A stretch of 59,143 nucleotides of DNA, taken from positions 1 to 59,143 of the IMG/VR virus record IMGVR_UViG_3300031589_000002; one strand, given 5' to 3'. Source of the DNA: a virus. Taxonomy: Duplodnaviria; Caudoviricetes. Positions 15,812 through 24,655 of this stretch are shown here, in pieces (position 1 is the first letter of the stretch; the number at the start of each line of letters is the position of its first letter). The position numbers and the translations under genes are program-made. Under the pieces are notes generated by a model, which was given only the letters and a program-made list of their open reading frames with translations, did not search any database and was not told the DNA's origin.

Positions 15812-16128
15812 TGGCAAGTATTATATCAGCTAATATTGATTTAACTAAAGTAGATAAATCAAAGATTTATGAAGGTAAGAAAGGTAAGTACTACCCTATT
15901 ACAATAGTTCTTAATGATGAATTGGGACAGTTTGGAGATTCCGGTTATATACAAACCGAACAAACTAAAGAAGAGCGCGATGCTAAATCACCTAAATCAT
16001 TTTTAGGTAATGTAAAAGTTGTGTGGTCTAACGGATCTAATGTAGGAGCAGCCCCCAGAGAAGGCGAACCTCAACAGCAACAGCAGAATTCTTCACAGCC
16101 TAGCCCGGGGCCAGATCTACCATTTTAA
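15811..16128 (+). CDS. ssb: Single-stranded DNA-binding protein, putative
   Basis: Small beta-rich core, Q/P-rich linker and C-terminal DLPF tip; lies between recombination genes and primase. Confidence 0.65.
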   Translation: MASIISANIDLTKVDKSKIYEGKKGKYYPITIVLNDELGQFGDSGYIQTEQTKEERDAKSPKSFLGNVKVVWSNGSNVGAAPREGEPQQQQQNSSQPSPGPDLPF

Positions 16129-16220
16129 TGGATAGTGGAGAATATATAACAAAAGTCGTTGATAAGGACGGCAATGTTACATTGGTAGAAGATTAACACA
16201 ACTCTTTAAATAGAAGATAT

Positions 16221-17924
16221 ATGATAACAGATGAGATCAATGGATTTGTGATTGACACATTCAATCAATACGATCTTGAAGCTGGAAAGAAAGAGGGTGT
16301 ATGTCCTAAGTGTTCAGCCGATAGAAAACCTGAGAATCGCAAAGCTAAATGTGCTATGTATGATTGGGAACGTGGTCTCGGTACCTGTATGAATTGCGAT
16401 GAAGTTTTTCAGCTACACACATTTAAACGCAAAGGAGGTGCTGATAAAGAATATGTTTTACCTAAATGGAAAAACAATACTGATTTAAGTGCTGCTGCTG
16501 TTAAATGGTTTGAAGATCGCGGTATTTCACAAAAAACCCTTACTAATATGAAAATTAGTGAGGGTTCTGAGTGGATGCCTCAGGTCTCTAAAGAAGTAAA
16601 CACAATACAGTTTAATTATTTTATTAATGATCAATTAATTAATACTAAATATAGAGATGGTAGAAAAAATTTCAAACTTGTTAAAGGAGCAGAAAAAGTA
16701 TTTTACAACATCAATAACGTTGTTGGTCATGACTGGTGTGTTATTGTGGAAGGCGAAATGGATGCCCTCTCTCTTTATGACGTTGGGATCACTAATGTTG
16801 TATCTGTACCCAACGGTGCTACTCTTAACCGGCTTAATCTTGATTATCTTGATAACTGTATTGAATATTTTGAGGATAAACAAAAGATTATACTCGCTAC
16901 AGATTCTGATGAAGCTGGTCAAAACCTACAACAAGAACTTATACGTAGGTTTGGCGCGGAGGTATGCTGGATGGCAGATTTCGGCGTTCATAAAGATGCT
17001 AATGATATGCTTATGGCTGATGGGCGCAACGCTGTTATCAATGCTATACATAATGCCAAAGCTGTCCCACTTGAAAATGTAGTAACTGTAAACGATATAA
17101 ACGATGAACTTGAGGAATTTATTCATGAAGGGTTTAAGCCTGGCTTCCAAGTCGGTCTTGATAACTTCGATAGCATATTTAGTACTTACACAGGACAATT
17201 CATCACCGTTACAGGTGTGCCTAGCTCTGGTAAGTCTGATTTTGTTGATAGAATGGCTGTGGGTTACCAAATGAAGTATGGCTGGAAAACAGCCTTTGCT
17301 TCACCAGAAAACAAACCAACATTTTTACACACCCATAAATTAATAAGAAAGATAGGAGGTTGGATGCCTAAACAAGAAGATCTAGGTAGTGATAAATGGA
17401 AAGACTGTTGGAATGTAGTAAATGATAACTTTTATTTTATAGAGTCTGAACGTTATGACCTTGAAGCGGTTCTTAAAAAAGGTGCCGAACTAGTGAAGCG
17501 TAAAGGTATTAAATGTTTAGTTATAGATCCATTTAATAAAGTTAAGCTGAAAGGCACGGCAACGATGTCGATACCTGATGCTACTATGGAATACTTAGCG
17601 CAAATAGAAACGTTTGCTAAAAAATATGACGTGCTTGTTATCGTTGTTGCTCACCCCACTAAAATGTACAAGAAAGATGATGGGACCATGGATGAACCAA
17701 CAATGTACTCTATTAAAGGAGGAGGCGAATGGTATGATGCTAGTTACCACGGATTACTAGTTCATAGAAATTATGGTAACAATACTGTAAAAGTTAAAGT
17801 GCTTAAAGTTAAATTTCAAAACTTAGGTGAGAATCAAGCTGAAGCGCATTTTAAATGGAATCATGTATCTGGTGATTATATACCAGTAACTGATCCGTCG
17901 GATCATAACTTACCTTGGGAATAA
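16221..17924 (+). CDS. T7 gp4/Twinkle-like primase-helicase
   Basis: Zn finger CPKC...CMNC, TOPRIM IVEGEMDALS, SVPNGA, DSDEAG, KDAND; SF4 helicase GVPSSGKS, LVIDP, VAHP. Confidence 0.95.
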   Translation: MITDEINGFVIDTFNQYDLEAGKKEGVCPKCSADRKPENRKAKCAMYDWERGLGTCMNCDEVFQLHTFKRKGGADKEYVLPKWKNNTDLSAAAVKWFEDRGISQKTLTNMKISEGSEWMPQVSKEVNTIQFNYFINDQLINTKYRDGRKNFKLVKGAEKVFYNINNVVGHDWCVIVEGEMDALSLYDVGITNVVSVPNGATLNRLNLDYLDNCIEYFEDKQKIILATDSDEAGQNLQQELIRRFGAEVCWMADFGVHKDANDMLMADGRNAVINAIHNAKAVPLENVVTVNDINDELEEFIHEGFKPGFQVGLDNFDSIFSTYTGQFITVTGVPSSGKSDFVDRMAVGYQMKYGWKTAFASPENKPTFLHTHKLIRKIGGWMPKQEDLGSDKWKDCWNVVNDNFYFIESERYDLEAVLKKGAELVKRKGIKCLVIDPFNKVKLKGTATMSIPDATMEYLAQIETFAKKYDVLVIVVAHPTKMYKKDDGTMDEPTMYSIKGGGEWYDASYHGLLVHRNYGNNTVKVKVLKVKFQNLGENQAEAHFKWNHVSGDYIPVTDPSDHNLPWE

Positions 17925-18211
17925 TGGCATGGAAATCTAAACCGCCTAAAGGTTATATAGGCTTAAACACCGGATTCGTAGCTAACGCTGAGGAATTAAA
18001 GTGGCAAAAGTTTTGTATAGATAATGATATAATAATATCACCCGAGCCAACATCAAGAGGTATGTATCCACAAGAATGGAGAATAGCAGTATCATTTATG
18101 CCTAACTTTAGAAAAGTTTATAAAACGCCAACTGTATATATAAAAGAAAACATTTGGCAAGAAACATTTAAAACAATGAAATATTATTATGACAAGAAAC
18201 ATTCAGGATGA
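17915..18211 (+). CDS. Hypothetical protein
   Basis: ORF track; overlaps both neighbours. Confidence 0.7.
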   Translation: MGIMAWKSKPPKGYIGLNTGFVANAEELKWQKFCIDNDIIISPEPTSRGMYPQEWRIAVSFMPNFRKVYKTPTVYIKENIWQETFKTMKYYYDKKHSG

Positions 18212-19013
18212 GTATAGAGGATTACTATCATCACTGGTCCACGGTGGAAAACCGAAAGAGGATCGCACGGGGACTGGGACAAGATCAGTCTTTGGACGAA
18301 TACTACGCCATGATATGTCAACAGGATTTCCTTTGCTCACAACAAAAAAAATATTCTGGAACAACGCGGTAACTGAATTGCTATGGATACTACATGGCAG
18401 AACAGACGTTAAGTATCTAAATGACAATGGTGTAAAATACTGGAATGCTGATTACGAAAGATCTGGTAGAACAGACGGCACTTTAGGGCCAGTGTATGGG
18501 TCTCAATGGCGTAACTTTAATGGTGTTGATCAATTAAAACAATTAATTCGTGAGATAAAATCCAATCCTTCTTCTAGAAGATTAATGATTAATGCTTGGA
18601 ATGCTGGTGCTATACACGAGATGGCGCTACCTCCCTGCCATTACGGATTTCAAATTTATATAAATGATGGAAAAATGGATCTTATGTGGTTACAGCGATC
18701 AGCTGATGTATTTCTTGGACTTCCTTATGATTTTGCTATGTATGGGTTATTATTACTTATGCTTGCGAAAGCAGCTGGATGTGTCCCCGGTGAGCTACTT
18801 GTTTCCCTTGGTGACTGTCATCTTTACAATAATCATATCGATCAAGCTAAACAACAATTGGATCGTAGTTTTAGAAAACTTCCTTTTGTTAGCGTTGATA
18901 GGGGACTTGCTATTATTGGAGGAGAAATAACTATACCAACTAAAGAAATGATTAATATATCAGGATATGACCCACACCCAGCAATCAAAGCAGAACTCAA
19001 CGTCGGAGTATAA
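18189..19013 (+). CDS. thyA: Thymidylate synthase
   Basis: DRTGTGT, FPLLTTKK, LGPVYGSQWR, MALPPCH, QRSADVFLGLP, GDCHLYNNH. Confidence 0.97.
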   Translation: MTRNIQDEYRGLLSSLVHGGKPKEDRTGTGTRSVFGRILRHDMSTGFPLLTTKKIFWNNAVTELLWILHGRTDVKYLNDNGVKYWNADYERSGRTDGTLGPVYGSQWRNFNGVDQLKQLIREIKSNPSSRRLMINAWNAGAIHEMALPPCHYGFQIYINDGKMDLMWLQRSADVFLGLPYDFAMYGLLLLMLAKAAGCVPGELLVSLGDCHLYNNHIDQAKQQLDRSFRKLPFVSVDRGLAIIGGEITIPTKEMINISGYDPHPAIKAELNVGV

Positions 19014-19090
19014 GCCATGGTTTTCAAAAACAAACTATATGGCTCAGTTCTTAAACGAGCACAGCAGAGAGATAATTAAAAAATTAAACA

Positions 19091-19888
19091 ATGAACATAA
19101 AAATTCCAACAGGTAAGTATAAAATTTACCATATACCAGGTATAAAAGTAGGTTGCACTACTAATATACAGAAGCGTGTTATTGAAACACAGGGGTATAG
19201 AGAAGGTGAATATGAAATACTGTTTGAGACTAATGATATTGTAGAAGCTTCTGAAGCAGAAAAAACACTACAAAAAGATCTTGGTTATAAAATTGATAGA
19301 CAATTATATAAAGATTTATTTAAAAAATCAAACAAAATGACAAAGTGCACATCATCTGAAGCAACAACAACCTTTAAGATTTCTAAAAACGAAATCAATG
19401 CAAAGTTTTTAAACAATATAGAAATAAAAAATGGGTACGGAACGTATGTCTTGGACAATGAGGCTAAAACTGAGTGGATTATATCTAATGTACATGGTAG
19501 TCAGTTTGGTCCTGGTACCTGCTACGTATATAATAAAGTTTTATCACAAGCAAAGCCTTTCCAAAAAACAAAGGAAATGAATAAAACAGGTGGTCAGTTT
19601 ATCTTTCCTCTAATTAGAGAATGGGCTACTGATCGTGGTATATACGATAAAGGCGATAGCAAAACTCAATATATCAAGCTTCAAGAAGAAGCAGGTGAAC
19701 TAGCTCAAGCTTTACTTAAAGATGATAGACCTGAGATAATAGACGCTATAGGCGATATGGTGGTTGTTTTAACCAACTTAGCAGCTCTAGAAGGTTTACA
19801 TATAGAAGATTGTATTGAGTCCGCCTACGATGTTATAATCAACAGGAAAGGTAAAATGATTAATGGAACATTTGTAAAAAATAACTAA
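19091..19888 (+). CDS. MazG-like NTP pyrophosphohydrolase with N-terminal GIY-YIG-like extension
   Basis: C-terminal WATDRGI...KLQEEAGELA...IIDAIGD...RKGKMINGTFVK; N-terminal YKIYHIPGIKVGCTTNIQKRV...EASEAE. Confidence 0.8.
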   Translation: MNIKIPTGKYKIYHIPGIKVGCTTNIQKRVIETQGYREGEYEILFETNDIVEASEAEKTLQKDLGYKIDRQLYKDLFKKSNKMTKCTSSEATTTFKISKNEINAKFLNNIEIKNGYGTYVLDNEAKTEWIISNVHGSQFGPGTCYVYNKVLSQAKPFQKTKEMNKTGGQFIFPLIREWATDRGIYDKGDSKTQYIKLQEEAGELAQALLKDDRPEIIDAIGDMVVVLTNLAALEGLHIEDCIESAYDVIINRKGKMINGTFVKNN

Positions 19889-20232
19889 TGAAAATAACTA
19901 CACAAGACCAAATAGTAAAACAAGTAATTAAAAAACTTGATGAGCGTAGCAACGTAGGTTATAAAAAGTATGGTGTAACTTTACACGATGATACACCTTC
20001 ACTACATAAGTGGCTAAATCATATACAAGAAGAGTTACTTGATGCATGTAACTATATTGAAAAGCTTAAGCATGAAACCACTGATGTATTAGCTGATAAG
20101 ATACTTAAAGATTATCTTGAAGAAGAATCTACATTCAGTAACGTTAGTGATCCTGGTCCACCTGATGGATTTGGTACTACAACCACTTCTATCTATCCAG
20201 GTGATATTAAAGTAACTTATGACAAAATGTAA
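19888..20232 (+). CDS. All-alpha nucleotide pyrophosphatase-like protein
   Basis: RSNVGYKKYGVTL...WLNHIQEELLDACNYIEK (EExxD motif). Confidence 0.6.
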   Translation: MKITTQDQIVKQVIKKLDERSNVGYKKYGVTLHDDTPSLHKWLNHIQEELLDACNYIEKLKHETTDVLADKILKDYLEEESTFSNVSDPGPPDGFGTTTTSIYPGDIKVTYDKM

Positions 20233-20234
20233 TT

Positions 20235-20711
20235 ATGAAGCGAAGAAGCAAAAAAAGAGGTCCAGTTGTAGCTAAAAAAACAACTTTTGATGGGATTAAT
20301 TTTGCATCTGGATTAGAAAAGTATACATATATAGCTCTTAAAAAAGAAAAACTATTTGAATATTATGAAGGTGAAGTTTTCCAGTTGGTCGAAGGATTTA
20401 GTTTTAAGAATAAAGCTTATGAAAAACAAGCCAACGGGAAAGGTGATTTTACTAACCGAGGGGAGAAAAAAATACTGGGAATTAAGTATACACCTGACTT
20501 CACAGGAAAAGACTACATAATAGAATGCAAGGGAAGAGCAAATGAATCCTTCCCTTTAAGATGGAAACTATTTAAGCAATGGATGATAAACATGGAAGAC
20601 TCGCGCACGCTTTACAAGCCGCAAAATCAAAAGGACGTAGATATGATGATTCAGATAATGAAAGAAAAAAGAAAAAAGAATCCTCTTTACACTACAAGCG
20701 CCGTAAATTAG
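20235..20711 (+). CDS. T7 endonuclease I-like Holliday-junction resolvase (possible -1 extension to 20806)
   Basis: FASGLE, YTPDF, IIECKG motifs. Confidence 0.8.
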   Translation: MKRRSKKRGPVVAKKTTFDGINFASGLEKYTYIALKKEKLFEYYEGEVFQLVEGFSFKNKAYEKQANGKGDFTNRGEKKILGIKYTPDFTGKDYIIECKGRANESFPLRWKLFKQWMINMEDSRTLYKPQNQKDVDMMIQIMKEKRKKNPLYTTSAVN

Positions 20712-20786
20712 ATAAAGATGTTAAGAAATATACCAAACATCATAACAAAATTAACTCAGAAGAAATTGAACGAATTGGAAGACAGC

Positions 20787-20891
20787 ATGGATTTTTCATT
20801 GGGTAGCTACCATAATGAAAAGATAGAATATCATATGAGAATGTTAAATTACTACTTAAAAGAACAAAACAATGAAGAACTGGGAACTTAG
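20787..20891 (+). CDS. 34-aa hypothetical (not in track)
   Basis: MDFSLGSYHNEKIEYHMRMLNYYLKEQNNEELGT. Confidence 0.45.
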   Translation: MDFSLGSYHNEKIEYHMRMLNYYLKEQNNEELGT

Positions 20892-21009
20892 TATAGGTTT
20901 GTATCCAGGCATCTTATTTGGTGTTAGAACTTATATAGAAGAAACATTTAAAGAACACGTATTATATCTTCCTTTTTGTATAGAAATATGTTTAACTATT
21001 GAAGATTAA
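20872..21009 (+). CDS. 45-aa hypothetical (not in track)
   Basis: MKNWELSIGLYPGILFGVRTYIEETFKEHVLYLPFCIEICLTIED. Confidence 0.6.
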   Translation: MKNWELSIGLYPGILFGVRTYIEETFKEHVLYLPFCIEICLTIED

Positions 21010-21033
21010 ATTATTACCTAAAAAAATAAATGA

Positions 21034-21255
21034 ATGAGCACAGCAACAAGAAAGCAATTAGAAAGCAGCGTCAGGGAGATTGGCAGCGTACTCCAACAAG
21101 TGATTGGAGAATTAGGAAATCTGAAAGATCTAGCGATTGGTACTATGACAGTGGTCAAAGAGCTCCCCGGTTACGAGAATGCGCTAGAGACGATGAAGAC
21201 TAAGCAAGAAGAAAAGGATAAAGAAAAAGATGAAGAAACTAAATTAGAATTATAA
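21034..21255 (+). CDS. Hypothetical protein
   Basis: ORF track; abuts nrdB. Confidence 0.7.
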   Translation: MSTATRKQLESSVREIGSVLQQVIGELGNLKDLAIGTMTVVKELPGYENALETMKTKQEEKDKEKDEETKLEL

Positions 21256-22227
21256 ATGGGATTATTTGATGAAAGAATTGCATACAAACCATTCGAATAC
21301 CCCGAGTACTATACTGAGGGATGGCTTAAACAAGCTCAAGCATTCTGGCTACATACCGAAATACCTATGTCAGGTGACCTTAAGGATTGGAACGAAAAGT
21401 TAACAGATAAAGAAAAGCACTTAGTAGGTAATATTCTTTTAGGGTTTGCTCAAACAGAATGTGCTGTTTCAGATTACTGGACACAAAAGGTTGTAGGCTG
21501 GTTTCCTAAGCACGAAATACAGCAGATGGCTATGATGTTTGGTAGTCAAGAAACCATACATGCTGTTGCTTATAGCTATTTAAATGAAACATTAGGACTA
21601 GAAGACTATGAAGCGTTTTTACACGAGCCTGCTACGATGGAAAGATTTGATAATCTTGTTGCTACTACTGATAATAACACCCGGAGCATTGGTAAGAGTC
21701 TCGCAATTTTCTCTGCGTTCGCTGAAGGCGTATCGCTTTATAGTGCTTTTGCTGTTCTTTATAGTTTTCAGTTACGTAATTTACTTAAAGGTATAGGTCA
21801 ACAAATGAAATGGTCTGTAAGAGACGAATCTCTTCACAGTAAAATGGGTTGCCAATTGTTTAGACAAATGTGTGAAGAAGATAAAGATCTTTTACAAACC
21901 TGTAGAGAAGACATAACAACAGCTGCAACAGCAATGTTAGTTGCTGAAGAAGCTTATATTGACAAAATGTTTGAAATGGGTGATGTTGAAGGTATAAAAG
22001 CTTATGACTTAAAACAATTTATTAGAAAAAGATTAAATGAAAAACTTACAGAACTCGGCTACATCGACCTCGGGCAGTACTTTGCATACGACGAAGCAGG
22101 CTCAAATAACCTCGAATGGTTTTATCACCTTACAGGTGGGGTCACTCATACTGATTTTTTCGCTGTTCGTCCTACTGACTATTCGAAAGCAGGTGAAGGA
22201 GAAGATTTTGAAGATATGTGGGATTAA
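21256..22227 (+). CDS. nrdB: Class I ribonucleotide reductase small subunit
   Basis: YKPFEYP, FWLHTEI, ETIHAVAYS, EGVSLYSAF, RDESLH, HTDFF. Confidence 0.95.
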   Translation: MGLFDERIAYKPFEYPEYYTEGWLKQAQAFWLHTEIPMSGDLKDWNEKLTDKEKHLVGNILLGFAQTECAVSDYWTQKVVGWFPKHEIQQMAMMFGSQETIHAVAYSYLNETLGLEDYEAFLHEPATMERFDNLVATTDNNTRSIGKSLAIFSAFAEGVSLYSAFAVLYSFQLRNLLKGIGQQMKWSVRDESLHSKMGCQLFRQMCEEDKDLLQTCREDITTAATAMLVAEEAYIDKMFEMGDVEGIKAYDLKQFIRKRLNEKLTELGYIDLGQYFAYDEAGSNNLEWFYHLTGGVTHTDFFAVRPTDYSKAGEGEDFEDMWD

Positions 22228-22493
22228 TGAAGAGCTTTAAGCTTAGTAGGTTAGTTAAAGACAGAAGACTAACCGTTAATGAAAAGTTATCAGGTCGTTT
22301 AGGGTATATGGGAACAGCTTTTATAATGATAGGACCTTATATATTAAGTTACGGAAATCTTGGGGCTATAAGCTATATAATTGGGGGCATCCTATGTACA
22401 CCTCAAGTAGTAGTAGCTAAGCAATGGAACTTAGTTGCAGTAAATGTGAATGTAATAATAGGATATATAATTTATTTAATAACAAATGGATAG
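22227..22493 (+). CDS. Small membrane protein
   Basis: Three hydrophobic segments; track 22218..22493, TAATG coupling at 22227. Confidence 0.65.
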   Translation: MKSFKLSRLVKDRRLTVNEKLSGRLGYMGTAFIMIGPYILSYGNLGAISYIIGGILCTPQVVVAKQWNLVAVNVNVIIGYIIYLITNG

Positions 22494-22632
22494 AATAAAA
22501 GATTACGCAAGAAGTAAATACCCAATGAAGTTTAAAAATAAAACAATAGAGGTCATAGAAGAAGATAACTTTTATAAAGTTTTTTATAAAGATGGTAGCC
22601 CAATTTTTTTAAGTAAAGATATACAATTATAA
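22486..22632 (+). CDS. 48-aa hypothetical (not in track)
   Basis: MDRIKDYARSKYPMKFKNKTIEVIEEDNFYKVFYKDGSPIFLSKDIQL; fills the gap to nrdA. Confidence 0.6.
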   Translation: MDRIKDYARSKYPMKFKNKTIEVIEEDNFYKVFYKDGSPIFLSKDIQL

Positions 22633-22633
22633 T

Positions 22634-24385
22634 ATGTGGAATAATGAATGGAAAAAAGGAATCGACTACCCAGAATGGGGTGATACCGAAGTCTACAAGA
22701 AAACAATTGGAGGTAGCTATCTCGTTGACGAAGAAACGCCTAGAGATGCTTACAAGCGAGTTAGCAGAGCTGTCTCAAAACGACTCTACAAACCAGAGCT
22801 AGAAGAAGTATTCTTTGACTACATCTGGAAGGGGTGGTTGTGTTTAGCCTCTCCGGTTTTATCTAACACAGGCACTGATCGTGGTTTACCTATCAGTTGC
22901 TTCGGCATAGATGTTGCTGACTCTATAGCTGATATTGGAACAAAAAATTTAGAAATGATGCTCTTAGCTAAACATGGCGGCGGTGTAGGAGTAGGTATTA
23001 ATATGATCAGACCCGCAGGAGCCAGAATTACAGGTAATGGAACTTCAGACGGAGTTGTCCCTTTTTGCAAAATCTACGACTCAACTATACTCGCGACCAA
23101 CCAAGGTGCTGTTAGAAGAGGAGCTGCATCAGTTAATATCAATATTGAACACCCTGACTTCCTCGATTGGATTGAAATTAGGGAACCTAAAGGAGACGTC
23201 AACAGGCAATCTCTTAACCTACATCAGTGTGCTGTCATTGGCGATAAGTTTATGCGACAACTTGAAACGGGAGATCAAGAGGCGCGACAAAAGTGGAGTA
23301 AGCTTATCCAAAAGCGCAAAGCCACTGGCGAACCATATATCCTTTTTAAAGGCAACACAAACAAAGCTAATCCAGAGGCTTACAAAGCGAACGGATTAAA
23401 AGTTCATATGACTAATATATGCAGTGAAATAACATTACATACTGATGAAAGTCACAGTTTTGTTTGCTGCTTATCATCTTTAAACCTTGAAAAATACGAC
23501 GAATGGAAGGATACAAACTTGGTATACGATGCGACATGGTTCCTGGACGGTGTCCTGGAAGAGTTCATACAGAGAGCGAAGGGGCTAAGGGGGTTCGAGA
23601 ATTCTGTAAGGTCAGCTGTCAAGGGACGGGCACTAGGGTTAGGAGTGTTGGGATGGCACAGCTTACTACAGAAGAACGGGATCGCTTTCGAAGGGTTAAT
23701 GGCACAGTTCAAAACCCGAGAAATATTTTCAAAGATAAAGATTGAAACTGAGCGTGCATCAAGAAAATTAGCTGAAGTTTATGGCGAACCTTTATGGTGT
23801 GCGGGTACTGGTATGCGAAACACTCATTTAAGAGCTATAGCGCCAACCGTATCGAACTCTAAATTATCTGGTAACGTTTCACCAGGTATTGAGCCTTGGG
23901 CTGCTAACGTGTTCACAGAACAGTCCGCTAAAGGAACGTTTATTAGGAAGAACAAAGAACTTAAAAAAGTATTAAGAAAAATTGGAATTGACAATAAAGA
24001 AACTTGGGAAAAGATTATGGCAGATGGTGGATCCATTCAAGACATTAAAGAACTCGATGGATGGTTTTACGATCACCAAGGAAGACTTACCCAAGAGCAT
24101 GAGGAAGATTACGAAAAAGTAAAGAATGTATTTAAGACATTCAAAGAAATCAATCAATTAGAATTAGTAAAACAAGCGGGGATTAGACAGGACTATATAG
24201 ATCAGTCTGTTAGTTTAAATTTGGCTTTCCCCTCTGAAGCTACTCCTAAATGGATGAATGCTGTTCATATGGAAGCATGGAAGCGTGGTGTAAAAACGTT
24301 ATACTATACACGTACCGAATCTGTATTAAGAGGTGATATTGCGGCAGCTGCAATGGATCCTGATTGTTTAAGCTGCGACGGATAA
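22634..24385 (+). CDS. nrdA: Class I ribonucleotide reductase large subunit (short, no ATP cone)
   Basis: ASPVLSN, PISCF, QGAVRRGA, TNICSEI, CCLSSLN, IAPTVSNS, KTLYY, C-terminal CLSCDG. Confidence 0.95.
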   Translation: MWNNEWKKGIDYPEWGDTEVYKKTIGGSYLVDEETPRDAYKRVSRAVSKRLYKPELEEVFFDYIWKGWLCLASPVLSNTGTDRGLPISCFGIDVADSIADIGTKNLEMMLLAKHGGGVGVGINMIRPAGARITGNGTSDGVVPFCKIYDSTILATNQGAVRRGAASVNINIEHPDFLDWIEIREPKGDVNRQSLNLHQCAVIGDKFMRQLETGDQEARQKWSKLIQKRKATGEPYILFKGNTNKANPEAYKANGLKVHMTNICSEITLHTDESHSFVCCLSSLNLEKYDEWKDTNLVYDATWFLDGVLEEFIQRAKGLRGFENSVRSAVKGRALGLGVLGWHSLLQKNGIAFEGLMAQFKTREIFSKIKIETERASRKLAEVYGEPLWCAGTGMRNTHLRAIAPTVSNSKLSGNVSPGIEPWAANVFTEQSAKGTFIRKNKELKKVLRKIGIDNKETWEKIMADGGSIQDIKELDGWFYDHQGRLTQEHEEDYEKVKNVFKTFKEINQLELVKQAGIRQDYIDQSVSLNLAFPSEATPKWMNAVHMEAWKRGVKTLYYTRTESVLRGDIAAAAMDPDCLSCDG

Positions 24386-24406
24386 ATTAATTAATTAAAT
24401 ATTATT

Positions 24407-24613
24407 ATGGCTAAAAAGTTTACATTTGCAGATGCAAAATTACGTATTAAAGAATTAGAAGATCAAGTTAAAGAGCAGCTTGATGCGATAGATTTGAATA
24501 CAGACGATCACATTTATACTACTGAAGAAAACAAGGTGATTAAATTCTTAAAAGTCTGGGGCTTTGTTGGTCCAGTTATAACAGGAATTATAGTATATGT
24601 CTTAATGGCATAA
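24407..24613 (+). CDS. Small protein with C-terminal TM helix
   Basis: ORF track; last gene of the rightward unit. Confidence 0.7.
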   Translation: MAKKFTFADAKLRIKELEDQVKEQLDAIDLNTDDHIYTTEENKVIKFLKVWGFVGPVITGIIVYVLMA

Positions 24614-24617
24614 AACA

Positions 24618-24654
24618 TAAAAAGGGGACTCCAATTACGGGGTCCCCTTTTTTA
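24618..24654. terminator. Bidirectional intrinsic terminator between convergent units
   Basis: AAAAA-GGGGACTCC-AATTAC-GGGGTCCCC-TTTTTT. Confidence 0.9.
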
Positions 24655-24655
24655 T

